Shown here: positions 17,697 to 27,719 of the stretch, piece after piece
Position numbering within the stretch: the stretch's first letter is position 1
How the letters are laid out: the number at the start of each line of letters is the position of its first letter
From: an uncultured virus (IMG/VR IMGVR_UViG_3300044641_002811)
Taxonomy: Duplodnaviria > Heunggongvirae > Uroviricota > Caudoviricetes
Direction: 5' to 3' (one strand)
IMG/VR virus record: IMGVR_UViG_3300044641_002811
DNA: 64,000 nucleotides
The notes under the pieces: generated by a model
Told to the model about the DNA's origin: nothing
Seen by the model: the letters and a program-made list of their open reading frames with translations, nothing else
Databases searched by the model: none
Made by a program: the position numbers and the translations under genes

Positions 17697-17834
17697 TTAG
17701 CGCCCTTGGCCGACCAGTTTTTTCTTGCCACGGCGGCGCGGACGGCTGTGCTGGCCATAACCCTGCCTTGTGGTTTTGGGGCGTCCTGCCTTGTGATCGA
17801 CGCGCCCCAGTGCGGTTTTACTCTTGGCCGCCAA
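17697..17834 (-). CDS. 45-aa basic microprotein (not in ORF track)
   Basis: TTG start; AAKSKTALGRV..TRQG.G..S.P..GKKKLVGQGR; homologous to 45186-45323. Confidence 0.65.
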   Translation of the reverse strand: MAAKSKTALGRVDHKAGRPKTTRQGYGQHSRPRRRGKKKLVGQGR

Positions 17835-18321
17835 TTTCAGGATCCTCCATTACAGGTTGAGGTGCGTAGGGATCAGCGGGCCACGCGGGATAATCGGGTC
17901 CGGTGATATATGCCGCCAGAGCGGCGGTGTCGGTAGTCTGCTGGATTTCGTAGACCTTGCTGCCAGAGGCGAGACGGATTTCCTCGCGCCAAGTGCGCAG
18001 CACAGGATCAGCGGTTTTGCCGTTATCTGCCTCGCGGATGATGATCCAGTCCGTTGGTGCCAGCAGGGTGTTGGCCGTGTGGCGCGTTTGCTGAGTCCAC
18101 TGCTCAACCAACTGGGTGTGGTCCTTGGGGATCAGGTTGCCCTCGGCGTCGTAGCCCCAGTAGAAACGTTGGTCCCAGGTGGCAGGATCGGGCACTTCAG
18201 TAATGCCGATAGCCTGGCGCTCCTCGGGGCTGGCCAGTCTGACCCAGTTAGCCGGGTACTGGACGCCGTTATGGGTGAAGGCCACGTCTGGGCTCAGTGG
18301 CTTGCCGTCTAACAGGAACAT
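17818..18321 (-). CDS. tail fibre assembly/chaperone-like protein
   Basis: YPANW..GITEV..DQRFYW; LLAPTDWIIIR..WREEIR; lies downstream of the fibre genes. Confidence 0.65.
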   Translation of the reverse strand: MFLLDGKPLSPDVAFTHNGVQYPANWVRLASPEERQAIGITEVPDPATWDQRFYWGYDAEGNLIPKDHTQLVEQWTQQTRHTANTLLAPTDWIIIREADNGKTADPVLRTWREEIRLASGSKVYEIQQTTDTAALAAYITGPDYPAWPADPYAPQPVMEDPEIGGQE

Positions 18322-18385
18322 CTGTACTGGACCTAGACAGGAGGCACGTATAGCGGTACTTTACTCGGCCCTGTAGGCGACTACT

Positions 18386-19240
18386 GTGCCACACACCCTC
18401 CAAAGCGCATGGGCCGAGTTCCACGCAGAGCGTTCTGCTGTCTTGTGTCCCACCAGTCTCATGGCGGACTACAGACAAGTCGATAAGTGGATCGGGCGCT
18501 GTCCGGTTACAGAACTGGAGCAAGGCAGGCAGGTTCTTACATGGGTTTTGAGCCAGCAACCTGTCAAGTCCAGCCGCCGTGTGGCGATGTACGTCAAGGC
18601 TCTTTACCGCTGGGTAAGCAGCGAAGACATTGCTTACCTACCCAAGAATCCGATTGCCAGTTTTCGGATGCCGAAAGCACCCCAGATGGATGAAGAAATC
18701 ATCGTAATTCCACGCAGTGAAGTAGCGCTTTTACTTACTGCTCTAGAAGCTCGCCAAACAAAATGTGGCGCACGTTGGTCGGCATACTCCGAATTTATGT
18801 TGCAGACTGCAATGCGCACAGGTGAAGTTCGTGCCGCCAAGTGGACAGATCTAAAGGATGGCAAGCTATTGATCCATTGCAATTACACCCTTACGCACGG
18901 CCTAAAACTATCTACAAAAACAAATAAAAAACGTGTTGTGCCTTTGAACGAAAAGTGTTTAGAAATTCTTGATTCCGTGGACAAGGACAATGAGTACATT
19001 TTTCCGTACAACAGGTATGCGTTCCAGAGCTTCTTCTATGACAGAGCGAAGGAATTACACAACGCTGGATTAACCAGTCATCGTTACCGGCCTTACGATC
19101 TGCGCCACACAGCAATCAGCCGTTGGATTGAGGCGGGAATACCTGTGGCGCAAGTCGCAAAGTGGGCTGGCAATACGGCTGAGGTTATTTGGAAGCACTA
19201 CTGCAATACGACACAGGACTACGAAATGCCGACGCTTTAA
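18386..19240 (+). CDS. tyrosine recombinase
   Basis: TAMRTGE (R), STKT (K), YDLRH, AGN, KHY (Y). Confidence 0.9.
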   Translation: MPHTLQSAWAEFHAERSAVLCPTSLMADYRQVDKWIGRCPVTELEQGRQVLTWVLSQQPVKSSRRVAMYVKALYRWVSSEDIAYLPKNPIASFRMPKAPQMDEEIIVIPRSEVALLLTALEARQTKCGARWSAYSEFMLQTAMRTGEVRAAKWTDLKDGKLLIHCNYTLTHGLKLSTKTNKKRVVPLNEKCLEILDSVDKDNEYIFPYNRYAFQSFFYDRAKELHNAGLTSHRYRPYDLRHTAISRWIEAGIPVAQVAKWAGNTAEVIWKHYCNTTQDYEMPTL

Positions 19241-19403
19241 CCTTGTTCTCTAGTGGGGCCGGGGTTAGTGTGCTCTCCAAAAGATCTTTTTCAGCCTTGA
19301 GTGCTGCCCTAATCTGGCAAAGCACATGCTCTTCAGCTTCAGCGTTGCCGGAGTCGATGGCGCGTAAAAGACGTAAGCAGAGTGATTGGTAGTCAGCGTT
19401 CAT
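19185..19403 (-). CDS. hypothetical protein
   Basis: 72 aa; starts 5 nt after the fibre gene stop. Confidence 0.5.
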   Translation of the reverse strand: MNADYQSLCLRLLRAIDSGNAEAEEHVLCQIRAALKAEKDLLESTLTPAPLENKVKASAFRSPVSYCSSASK

Positions 19404-19408
19404 GTTGG

Positions 19409-22183
19409 TCAGCGTGCGCGGGCGTATTGGAAGGGCGATTCAGCTACTGCGTAGTAGATGTAAGTCGCTCCCGACTGGTTGAAGTACGGGTCGGCATAAC
19501 GGAGCTTGAAACCATTGGAGGTAAAGTCAATCACGCTGAAGCTATCTTCAGCAGCAGATGAGTTTGCCTGAAGGCGTGCATTCATAACGTTGTATGTATT
19601 CCTAGCGCTGTCAAATATGTGCCAGTGCTGGAAGGCATCACTGACGCTTGAGCACTTCAGTAGTAGAAACCTGGGTCTAAAGCCACACCACTGGAAGACG
19701 CCTTCAGAGGATCCATTCGCAACAAATGAGCCCATCGAAGCGTACCCGGATACTGGGCTGAAGGCGTAACAGACAAACGTTCCACCGCTATAGTTTGTTT
19801 CGTCACCGCCGCCAATACTAAATACTGTTGAAGTTGGCAGTGTGCTTGTAAAACGACTGGGTGAATAAGCCGAGGCACTATCGGTCGTGTTAAGAAACAA
19901 GTTTTGACCTGCCGTTAAACTTCCGTGCCAAACAGCCCAGTTGGCGGTTGATCCGGCGCTACTGCGACGTTTGACGATCAAAAGCTGGGGCGCAACGTTG
20001 AGTCCGTGACCCACGGTGGCACCACTTGTGCCATTTCCCGTATAAGTAACAATCGAAAACCCCGCCGTCGCATTAGCCCTGACGCTAGAAGTGATGGAGC
20101 CTTGTGTGTTCGTGACGGTGGAGCTGCCGGCGTCCCAGGCCCAGGCAACCATCGCAGCACCGTTCGTGTTCACACCAGCATCATTGCCAACCGTAAAACC
20201 ATCAGAATTGAAGGCTGTTACACCAGAAATTGATCCTAATTCACCATTGGCGGAATTACTGGCAAGAAAGTATTGAGCGCCACGAACAATGTCAAATAGC
20301 CCGTGATTAAAGACTGTGCTGACTCTAGATTTATACCAAACAAAGTCTGGCGAGAACCCCAACCCCGAAATAGTCTGCGTACTGCCATTGCCCGTGTAGA
20401 GCTTCACATCCATCACCGTCGAAGGCTTCGTGACTACTGGGGCTGGAAGGTTTGCCGTGCAGAGCGCCTTGAAGCCGCTGACGGGATAGGCGAAGGGGCG
20501 TTGGCCGAAGTTCAAGTATTGAATACCTGCCGTTCCTCCTGTTGTCACAACGGCGAAAACTGTGCTAGATAAAGAGGTAACGGTAGTTGGTTGAGCAGAC
20601 CCATTTTTATAGAATGTTACAACTCCGCTATCCATGTTAATAGCAACACCAATTACATCATTGGTCGTGTAAAGAGCATTAGAGCCTGCTCCTGAAGCAT
20701 TGTTGTATATTTTGCCGTCTCCGCCGTTGTAAACCCAAGCATTTGCGTCTGACCCCGCATAGTTTGTTGATATATTCGCATTTGCATACGCAATACCTAC
20801 GGCTGGACCTTGTGGCCCAAATGTACCTACTGTCATCTCGTAGTAATACTTTCCAGATGACACCCCAAAATCAGACCTAACTCCCCTAGTTGCTCCAAGT
20901 GTTACATCCAAGTTTCCATTGGAAAGCGTAACACCACCATTATCCAACGGATTCAACGTGCAGTAGTTCCCCCTAACCTCACCCCCCACACCGGTATCCG
21001 TCTGCGCCCCATTAACGGGAACGTCTACGAGGCTGTCGTTGCCTGCTGGATTTCCTTCGGTGTAACCTGTTAGAACTGTTCCGTTGACGCGGATTGCGTA
21101 TACACGTACAACACCGTCCCCAGGTTGGCTAACAGCCCGTAGATTATTAATGGTAATAGCAGAACCAGAATAAGCGGTTACATATCCTGGGCTGCTACTG
21201 GACGGTCCTGTGCCTACGTTAGTTGTGTTGTAACCATAAGTAGAAGTGCCGCCCCAATAATATTCGAGCAGCGTTACGCCTGTTAATGGTTTATTAAATG
21301 TGATCGTACTGACAGTTCCATTGTTGCCAGTGCCATCTGCGTATGTTCCAGTATTGCCATCAAATGCGTTGTTTATATTTCCCCAAGTAGTACCAGCGCT
21401 AGCAATATTAGATACAACTGTGGAATAACTAGAGACAACACTCAGGTTGTTCGGCGTCCAGTTATTGCCGTTGCCAGAAGTGTCCTTCCCTAATGTGGTC
21501 GCGGTGTTAGAGCTGTTGTCCGCGAACTCCAGGTGGAAACCGTTGGTGCCGTAGGTGCCGGTATAGGCAATCGGTTGCCAGATGCCATTGTCGTCGAACT
21601 CACCGAAGCTGGTGGGGGTTAGCGCTTGGCCGTCAATCCAGTGAACATCTGCGAGCATAAAGTCGCAGTAATAGTTACCAGTCGACTGCCTGCCAATGTC
21701 GTGTGCAAATGCTGTATTAAAATCAGTATCAGCGTTTTGACTGGGATATGTCTCGTGAGTGAATGTAGTTACTTTAGATCCGTTGATATAAACAGCGCCG
21801 CGATTAGCTGCGGTTGCTTGAGTGGTATCGCAACTGATTAGTACGTGCATCCACGCTGAGCAGTCCCGATATACAGCAGCGGGCTGAAGGTTGGGATTAC
21901 TGCCTCCTTGGAAGTAAACGATTAACGCATCACTGGCGTTAAAACCGAGAATCGAGAAAGTGCTATACCCACTTGTTGAGCAAGTTAGAAACTGCTGAGC
22001 CGTCCCAAGTTTGTTGCGTTTGATCCACGCACTCCAAGTCCACGTCTTGCGGTTGCCGGCTGATGCGGGGGTGCGACTGAGAAAACTGCTGTCGGCTGAG
22101 TTGAATCTCAGCGAACGTGAGATGGCGTATCCACCGCCGCCAGCATCAGCGCCAAGCAGCAGGCTGTTATTCAAAGCGCTCAT
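19409..22183 (-). CDS. tail fibre / receptor-binding protein with LamG-like and SPRY domains
   Basis: SRSLRFN..KTWTWSAWIKR (LamG-like); SGKYYYE..VIGVAIN..FYKNG (SPRY); repeated YTGNG modules. Confidence 0.8.
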   Translation of the reverse strand: MSALNNSLLLGADAGGGGYAISRSLRFNSADSSFLSRTPASAGNRKTWTWSAWIKRNKLGTAQQFLTCSTSGYSTFSILGFNASDALIVYFQGGSNPNLQPAAVYRDCSAWMHVLISCDTTQATAANRGAVYINGSKVTTFTHETYPSQNADTDFNTAFAHDIGRQSTGNYYCDFMLADVHWIDGQALTPTSFGEFDDNGIWQPIAYTGTYGTNGFHLEFADNSSNTATTLGKDTSGNGNNWTPNNLSVVSSYSTVVSNIASAGTTWGNINNAFDGNTGTYADGTGNNGTVSTITFNKPLTGVTLLEYYWGGTSTYGYNTTNVGTGPSSSSPGYVTAYSGSAITINNLRAVSQPGDGVVRVYAIRVNGTVLTGYTEGNPAGNDSLVDVPVNGAQTDTGVGGEVRGNYCTLNPLDNGGVTLSNGNLDVTLGATRGVRSDFGVSSGKYYYEMTVGTFGPQGPAVGIAYANANISTNYAGSDANAWVYNGGDGKIYNNASGAGSNALYTTNDVIGVAINMDSGVVTFYKNGSAQPTTVTSLSSTVFAVVTTGGTAGIQYLNFGQRPFAYPVSGFKALCTANLPAPVVTKPSTVMDVKLYTGNGSTQTISGLGFSPDFVWYKSRVSTVFNHGLFDIVRGAQYFLASNSANGELGSISGVTAFNSDGFTVGNDAGVNTNGAAMVAWAWDAGSSTVTNTQGSITSSVRANATAGFSIVTYTGNGTSGATVGHGLNVAPQLLIVKRRSSAGSTANWAVWHGSLTAGQNLFLNTTDSASAYSPSRFTSTLPTSTVFSIGGGDETNYSGGTFVCYAFSPVSGYASMGSFVANGSSEGVFQWCGFRPRFLLLKCSSVSDAFQHWHIFDSARNTYNVMNARLQANSSAAEDSFSVIDFTSNGFKLRYADPYFNQSGATYIYYAVAESPFQYARAR

Positions 22184-23592
22184 TTCACGTCACCAATGAA
22201 GCGGACCGCAATGCGAGTCGTTGACTCAACGTGATAGGCCAGTAGATCCACAGCATTGGCCGTTGTGGTGAGCGTCGGTGCCGTGCCCCCAGGGAATTTG
22301 AAGACACTGTTGTAGGCGAGTGTCCTGGAGCCGGTGCCGTCCTGGACCACACGGATCACACCGCTCTGACCAGCGACAACATTCGTCGGGGCACCAAGGG
22401 TTCTTGACCCACCGAGAACCACCTGGAACTGGTTGCCGAGGCTCAGGTCCGTGGCAATCGTTGCTGCATCGGTGAGCGTGACGTAGGCGCCGCGTTGAGC
22501 TTTGGTAAACGTCTGAGCAGTGTCAGTAACAGCGTTATTAGCGTTGTATGCCTGAACGGTCGTACCGATGGCAGACGTTGGGACATAGCTGCTCATACCA
22601 GCTTGGGTCTGGTAGGTGCTAGCAGCGTTAGCCGTTGTCAGGTAGCTGCTCATCCCCGACTGGGTTTGGTAGGTGGAGGCAGCGTTTGACTGAGTGAGAT
22701 AGGTAGACGCAGCAGTAGTAACATCCAACTTCTGAGTATCAAGACCAAGAATGTCAGATTGTGCCTGCGTCATATCAGCAGCAGAAGCATACCGATTCTC
22801 AGGATCACCAGCGTAATAACGCACCCACACCCAAGTAGATGTTGAGCTGCTGTAGTAGATCTCAACAGTCAGACCAGCATCACCAACAAACCCGACAGGC
22901 TTACCACTCAACGGAGTGAAGCTCTCAATACCTGTAGAGTTGGTAACGCGGATAGCATCACCATTAACTGGTGAGGCAGGAATAGCAGCAACGTTAGCTA
23001 CAACGGTGTAAGCAAGAGCCTCTGCAGCAGCATTCAACGCAGCAGTGGCGTTAGCGTTAGCCGTGTTAGCTGTAGAGACAGCACTTGCAGCAGAAGCAGA
23101 CGCAGCATTCGCAGTGGTAACAGCAGACGCAGCAGAAGCAGACGCAGATGCAGCCGAAGCAGTAGCAGCATTAGCCGTAGACACAGCAGAGTTAGCTGTT
23201 GCTGTAGCAGCATTAGCGGTGCTTACAGCACTGTTAGCCGTGACCGTAGCTGCATTAGCCGTGGTGATAGCTGAGGCAGCATCCCTATTCGACTCCTGCG
23301 TCACATACAGGTTCTGAGTGAAGTTATCATTCAGATCCTGAGAACGAATAGCAGAACCGGGGTAGAACTGAGCAGCAAGAGCTGCGTCATCAGTGACACG
23401 ATAAATCCGAATGGCAACACCATTAGCAGGTGCTGTGTTGAATTGGATCGTGGTAGCGTTGGCTAAGGTGTATGCAGTTGTAATCGTACCGTTCAAGGAG
23501 ACCTTGATGTCGGTAGTCTCTAGGTATGGGAAGGTAAAAGAAAAGAGGACGGTGGTTCCGTCCCCTGTGTAGGTATTCTGAGTGACAGCCAT
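22180..23592 (-). CDS. T7 gp17-like tail fibre
   Basis: N-terminus YTGDG..FSFTFPYL..DLNDNFTQNLYVTQE; Ala/Thr coiled coil; 20-aa repeats AASTYQTQxGMSSY. Confidence 0.88.
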   Translation of the reverse strand: MAVTQNTYTGDGTTVLFSFTFPYLETTDIKVSLNGTITTAYTLANATTIQFNTAPANGVAIRIYRVTDDAALAAQFYPGSAIRSQDLNDNFTQNLYVTQESNRDAASAITTANAATVTANSAVSTANAATATANSAVSTANAATASAASASASAASAVTTANAASASAASAVSTANTANANATAALNAAAEALAYTVVANVAAIPASPVNGDAIRVTNSTGIESFTPLSGKPVGFVGDAGLTVEIYYSSSTSTWVWVRYYAGDPENRYASAADMTQAQSDILGLDTQKLDVTTAASTYLTQSNAASTYQTQSGMSSYLTTANAASTYQTQAGMSSYVPTSAIGTTVQAYNANNAVTDTAQTFTKAQRGAYVTLTDAATIATDLSLGNQFQVVLGGSRTLGAPTNVVAGQSGVIRVVQDGTGSRTLAYNSVFKFPGGTAPTLTTTANAVDLLAYHVESTTRIAVRFIGDVK

Positions 23593-23597
23593 GACGC

Positions 23598-26500
23598 TTA
23601 TTTAGCGATAGAAAGGATTTCCTCAATGTTGTTGGCTTGGCTACGATCTCCCTGTTTGCGAAGCTTACCGGAGAGTGCCTCAAGCCGTGCCTTATTATTC
23701 AGCTCTTGAAGGTCGGTGGAGTCATTCATCAGCTGAGCCCAAGCAGTTGTCTTTGCGTTCTTCAGAACTTGTTCAATCAGTGGAACATGGAAGGTCTCTG
23801 ACGCTTCATAACGACGACCTGCAGCACGATCTTCTTCCATGTCTAAAATTGACTGCACAACCTGACGATCTTTGAATAGGTTTTCTAGTTGGGCTTCAAT
23901 GTTCTGCTGGCTTACATAGTATTGCCACTTGGATTTCAGGTCAGGACGACCTTCCAGTGACTCATTGTTTGGGCCAGTATTAAATGTGAGTTTCAGGTCA
24001 ACTCCACTACGGAACAGCAGTTCACGAGTGGGGTTGGTTGCTGGGTTGACGTAGAACGGGTTCACCGAGTTCATCATCCGTACCAACGGCACGTTGTCGT
24101 TCAACGGACGACCATTCAGAATGTCGTAGCGGTATGGAAGCTTTCCATCCTTACCAGCAAGAAGATCAATGTACAGGTTACGGTTTCGGATGCCATCAAC
24201 AAAACCATTTTCCAGTTCTCGCATCCCAGGACTAAACAGCTTGCCCAGCTCATTCCGCATACCAGCAAGCGGTACTTGGTTGTTGACAAGGTTTGCAGCA
24301 ATGGAAGGAATGCGTTGCCCGTTACTCGTGAACAGCTCCTGCAGCTGGAAGATACCAGCCATGAATGTTTTGTTGGTAATGTTCTGAGCAATTAGGTAAG
24401 ACAGCTTGCCGAGATTGTTGCCGACCCATTCATCACCCATCACCTTCTGAGAGTCTGCCACGTCAGCAATGAAGCTGAGCATCAGGTTGAATGGTTCTAG
24501 TGATTCGTAGCTCACATATGTATCTCCAACCTTGATGGAGCGAGGCTTCCATCCAAATTGTTTCCAAGACTCACGCAGCTCACGATCCGGTGGACCGTTG
24601 CCAGTGATCTGACCGTTCAGTGCCATCATGGCAGCTGTACCGACCACACCGTATCCAACAGCCACACGACCACGCATTGTTGCGCGTGCAATCTCTAAAT
24701 CATTAGCTGACTTGATTCCGTACTGAAGCATCGCTGGGTCATCCCAGTTCTTGCTCATAATGTCGGCATGTTCCTTGACAAACCGATTCAGAACAGGAGT
24801 ATGCTTTGCAGTCATTTCCAAAGCATTCACGCCTGTCTTGATGAACAGCATGAAAGGCTTCAGGTAAGGAGCCTTGTCAAACGCATGGTCAATAGCCTTG
24901 GCAAAGCCTGTCAACTCTTTGGTCAACTTGGCTTCATCAGCAGCGTATTGAGCCATCTCATCAGCAATCTGACCATCTGCATCAAAGACCTTACTTTCAA
25001 ACTTGCGTTCTGCTTCACGGACCAGTCGATCCATATCAGCATCGGAAACAACCTTGTTAGCAGCTTTTAGTTGTTCATAGGTGTCAAGGTATGCAAGCTG
25101 ACGCATCCGACCACGACCGATCAGTTGTGAGAAGAATGTATCTCCTGCAGCCATGATCCTAGGACCATAGTTGAAGATAGGTAGTTTGTTCAGCTTATGG
25201 ATGGAGTCAACAACTGTCATCATTGCCTTGTCTCCATCGCTACCGTATTGGTAGTGGAAGGCTTTCAGTGCTTCAAACTCATAATCTCTGGTAGACATGG
25301 TGATACCACGCCAGCCTTCAGCATTCTGATTGTATGCACGGAAGTCCATGACAGCTTTCTGCCATGCTTCCCCAAGCGACTCCATCATGCCGCCAAGAGC
25401 AGCAAAGGAGCTTCGAGTGATAGCAGGGTCAGTTGTACCCCCAAGGGATCCGATGATTGTGGATACCGGACGCATAATGGTGCCAAGACCAGTACCTACA
25501 ACAGCACGTACAGGAGTCTTGGGACCACTCAGGATGCTATTGACACCCATAATCTGCATCTCATTGATCAGCTGATTACGGTATTGGGTATCTCCTTCAC
25601 GATATCCATGCAGCTTGCGACGCATGAATTCCTGAAGATCCTTGAATGTCTGAGGCTTATTGCCACCAGTAGCAGAGAAGTGCAAGAAGGTCTGCAGCAG
25701 ACTGTCATCTACATCGTCACGAAGTAATGTCTTTAGTGTCTCTACTTCAGCAGCAACAGCATCAGAAGCATCAGTTCTTACTGTTACATCATCAATGGTC
25801 GTCTCTACTCCATCCTTGAACCTACGAAGGTTCCAGCTCGACATCATGCTGGTCTCTTTACGCATACGAGCAAGCGTTGCGTATCGAGCCATGATGCCAT
25901 CCAGGATGCTTCCAGGTGCTGCAACATCAACCTGATCAGAAACTGACAACGCTGCTCTTGCAAGGTCACGAGCACCAGTGAGTAGTTGACCCATTACAAG
26001 GTCAGTTGCTACAAGCTGTGCATGGTTCAGGACGTTGATGCCTTCAATCTTGCTTCCCTTATCAGCTCCGTCCACAAACCGTAGAGAGTCAATGAACTCC
26101 GTTAGCTGTTCTGGTGACGCATCAATCATGCGACTGTGACCAGAGTCATCAAGAAAGTCTTGAACGACACCGGCCATTTCCTTGAAGTCTTCTTTGATGT
26201 CTGACGGTGTGTTGCGACCGCCATACAACTCCTGATACATCGGATCAGCAGCAAAGCCTTCAGCTAGTTTGTCGATCTCCTCTTGAGTCATGCCTGGAGC
26301 TGCGTACTCCATGCGACGGATCTGAGCAGCACTCAGAGGACCACGGGGAGCACCATCCCGTTGCGGCCATTCATTACGAATTCGTATCTGATCTCGGACC
26401 CCTTTGAGAGGAACGCTGGTGTTGGTGAGTTCTTGGTGGTCTGTTACATCTCCACCCTTCATGTAGGCAGGGTTCTCACGAGGTGTACCAACTTCCAAGT

Positions 26501-27719
26501 CATCAAGGAGTTGTTCCTCAGCAACCTCAAGGTTCGTAGCACCTTGCTTCTCAGCACGACGTGTGAAGTCCCGCTCACCCCAATCAACACCTTTGGTTCC
26601 AGCTAGAGCCTTTGTTTGAGCTAGTTGTTCAGCTTCATCAAGCTTGTTCCAAGGGTTGCTCCCATTCTTATTGACAAACTTACGCCATTCAGCGACCGAC
26701 GTAACCTTGCCTTCCAGGTTCACAGGAAGAGCACCCTCTTCTACCAGCTTGTTGTAAGTAGCTTGCTCATAATTCTGACGTGCTTCTGCCATGAGTACTT
26801 GACCCTTGCGGTTGTACTCAAGTTCAGCAGTACGATCAACAGCTTCCGAGATCTTACTAACATTGGTCGATTGGGCTGGATCAGTGATCCGTGCCTTTGC
26901 CTTGCCAAGGTTTGACTTAACACCCCTAGCAGCGGCTCCAACACCTTCCATTGCTACGTCAGCAATAGCACCAAGACCAAGCCCTTCAAAGACGTTGTAG
27001 AAGCTTCTCTGTGCTGGAGACATGTCATCTGTCGTGGCAATCGGTGCCAAGACACTCGACCACTCAGGCTTCACTTCCAGGATGGCAGCAGCAACGTTAC
27101 TTTGCTGTGATTGGTTGCTGATTACATCGTAAGTAGCACCAGCAGCGGCACTACCAGCAATACGTCCAGCGGTCGTTGCCTTACCGGCAGCATTAACAAG
27201 ACCACCAGCTTTGGCTAATCCCTGTACACCTTTGATGCCCCATCCAATTTTACCAACACCAACAGCACCACCAATGAATTCAACACCTGTACGGATGACG
27301 TTACCCCAAACTGTCCGAGTGATCGGTTTGTCGGTAATCAACCAAGGTGCTTTGAATTCGTATGGATTCTCTGGGTTGTCTTGCTTGTAGAAGTTGGGAT
27401 CAAAGAACTTTGGGATTGAACCAATGCTGTTGTAAATGTCAACTGCACCGCCTACAACTGCATTGCCAAGTTCCTGAGCATTCTCCATTACTCCAAACTT
27501 CTTCGGATCCATCGTCTCTTGCGACGATTTCATCGTTCCGTCTGGGTTCATCTTTGATTTGTACTCAGCCTGTGCAGCTGCTTCCTGTTGTGCTGCTTTC
27601 TGTTTTTCTTGTTCAGCAGCAGCTTCTTCTTGTTTTACCTTTTCGGTTACATTGTATTGGTCTAACGCCTGTTGGCTTACCTCAAGGTCGTTAGGTCCAT
27701 CAATTCCATAAATGTTCAT
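23598..27719 (-). CDS. internal virion protein (gp16-like)
   Basis: 1373 aa; position immediately before the tail fibre. Confidence 0.8.
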   Translation of the reverse strand: MNIYGIDGPNDLEVSQQALDQYNVTEKVKQEEAAAEQEKQKAAQQEAAAQAEYKSKMNPDGTMKSSQETMDPKKFGVMENAQELGNAVVGGAVDIYNSIGSIPKFFDPNFYKQDNPENPYEFKAPWLITDKPITRTVWGNVIRTGVEFIGGAVGVGKIGWGIKGVQGLAKAGGLVNAAGKATTAGRIAGSAAAGATYDVISNQSQQSNVAAAILEVKPEWSSVLAPIATTDDMSPAQRSFYNVFEGLGLGAIADVAMEGVGAAARGVKSNLGKAKARITDPAQSTNVSKISEAVDRTAELEYNRKGQVLMAEARQNYEQATYNKLVEEGALPVNLEGKVTSVAEWRKFVNKNGSNPWNKLDEAEQLAQTKALAGTKGVDWGERDFTRRAEKQGATNLEVAEEQLLDDLEVGTPRENPAYMKGGDVTDHQELTNTSVPLKGVRDQIRIRNEWPQRDGAPRGPLSAAQIRRMEYAAPGMTQEEIDKLAEGFAADPMYQELYGGRNTPSDIKEDFKEMAGVVQDFLDDSGHSRMIDASPEQLTEFIDSLRFVDGADKGSKIEGINVLNHAQLVATDLVMGQLLTGARDLARAALSVSDQVDVAAPGSILDGIMARYATLARMRKETSMMSSWNLRRFKDGVETTIDDVTVRTDASDAVAAEVETLKTLLRDDVDDSLLQTFLHFSATGGNKPQTFKDLQEFMRRKLHGYREGDTQYRNQLINEMQIMGVNSILSGPKTPVRAVVGTGLGTIMRPVSTIIGSLGGTTDPAITRSSFAALGGMMESLGEAWQKAVMDFRAYNQNAEGWRGITMSTRDYEFEALKAFHYQYGSDGDKAMMTVVDSIHKLNKLPIFNYGPRIMAAGDTFFSQLIGRGRMRQLAYLDTYEQLKAANKVVSDADMDRLVREAERKFESKVFDADGQIADEMAQYAADEAKLTKELTGFAKAIDHAFDKAPYLKPFMLFIKTGVNALEMTAKHTPVLNRFVKEHADIMSKNWDDPAMLQYGIKSANDLEIARATMRGRVAVGYGVVGTAAMMALNGQITGNGPPDRELRESWKQFGWKPRSIKVGDTYVSYESLEPFNLMLSFIADVADSQKVMGDEWVGNNLGKLSYLIAQNITNKTFMAGIFQLQELFTSNGQRIPSIAANLVNNQVPLAGMRNELGKLFSPGMRELENGFVDGIRNRNLYIDLLAGKDGKLPYRYDILNGRPLNDNVPLVRMMNSVNPFYVNPATNPTRELLFRSGVDLKLTFNTGPNNESLEGRPDLKSKWQYYVSQQNIEAQLENLFKDRQVVQSILDMEEDRAAGRRYEASETFHVPLIEQVLKNAKTTAWAQLMNDSTDLQELNNKARLEALSGKLRKQGDRSQANNIEEILSIAK

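Larger units (their letters stand above)
1..22500. mobile_element. Phage A: partial cyanophage genome (replication plus lysis/tail modules)
   Basis: Prim-Pol/helicase, PolA, dCTP deaminase, endolysin and tail-fibre genes; no host housekeeping genes; right boundary inferred from a codon-style change. Confidence 0.8.

Noticed and set aside
22570..23290. Ala/Thr/Ser repeats as a DNA repeat element
   Set aside because: Explained by coiled-coil and 20-aa protein repeats in the tail fibre.
19409..23592. Diversity-generating retroelement acting on the fibre genes
   Set aside because: No reverse transcriptase and no template/variable repeat pair seen in the window.
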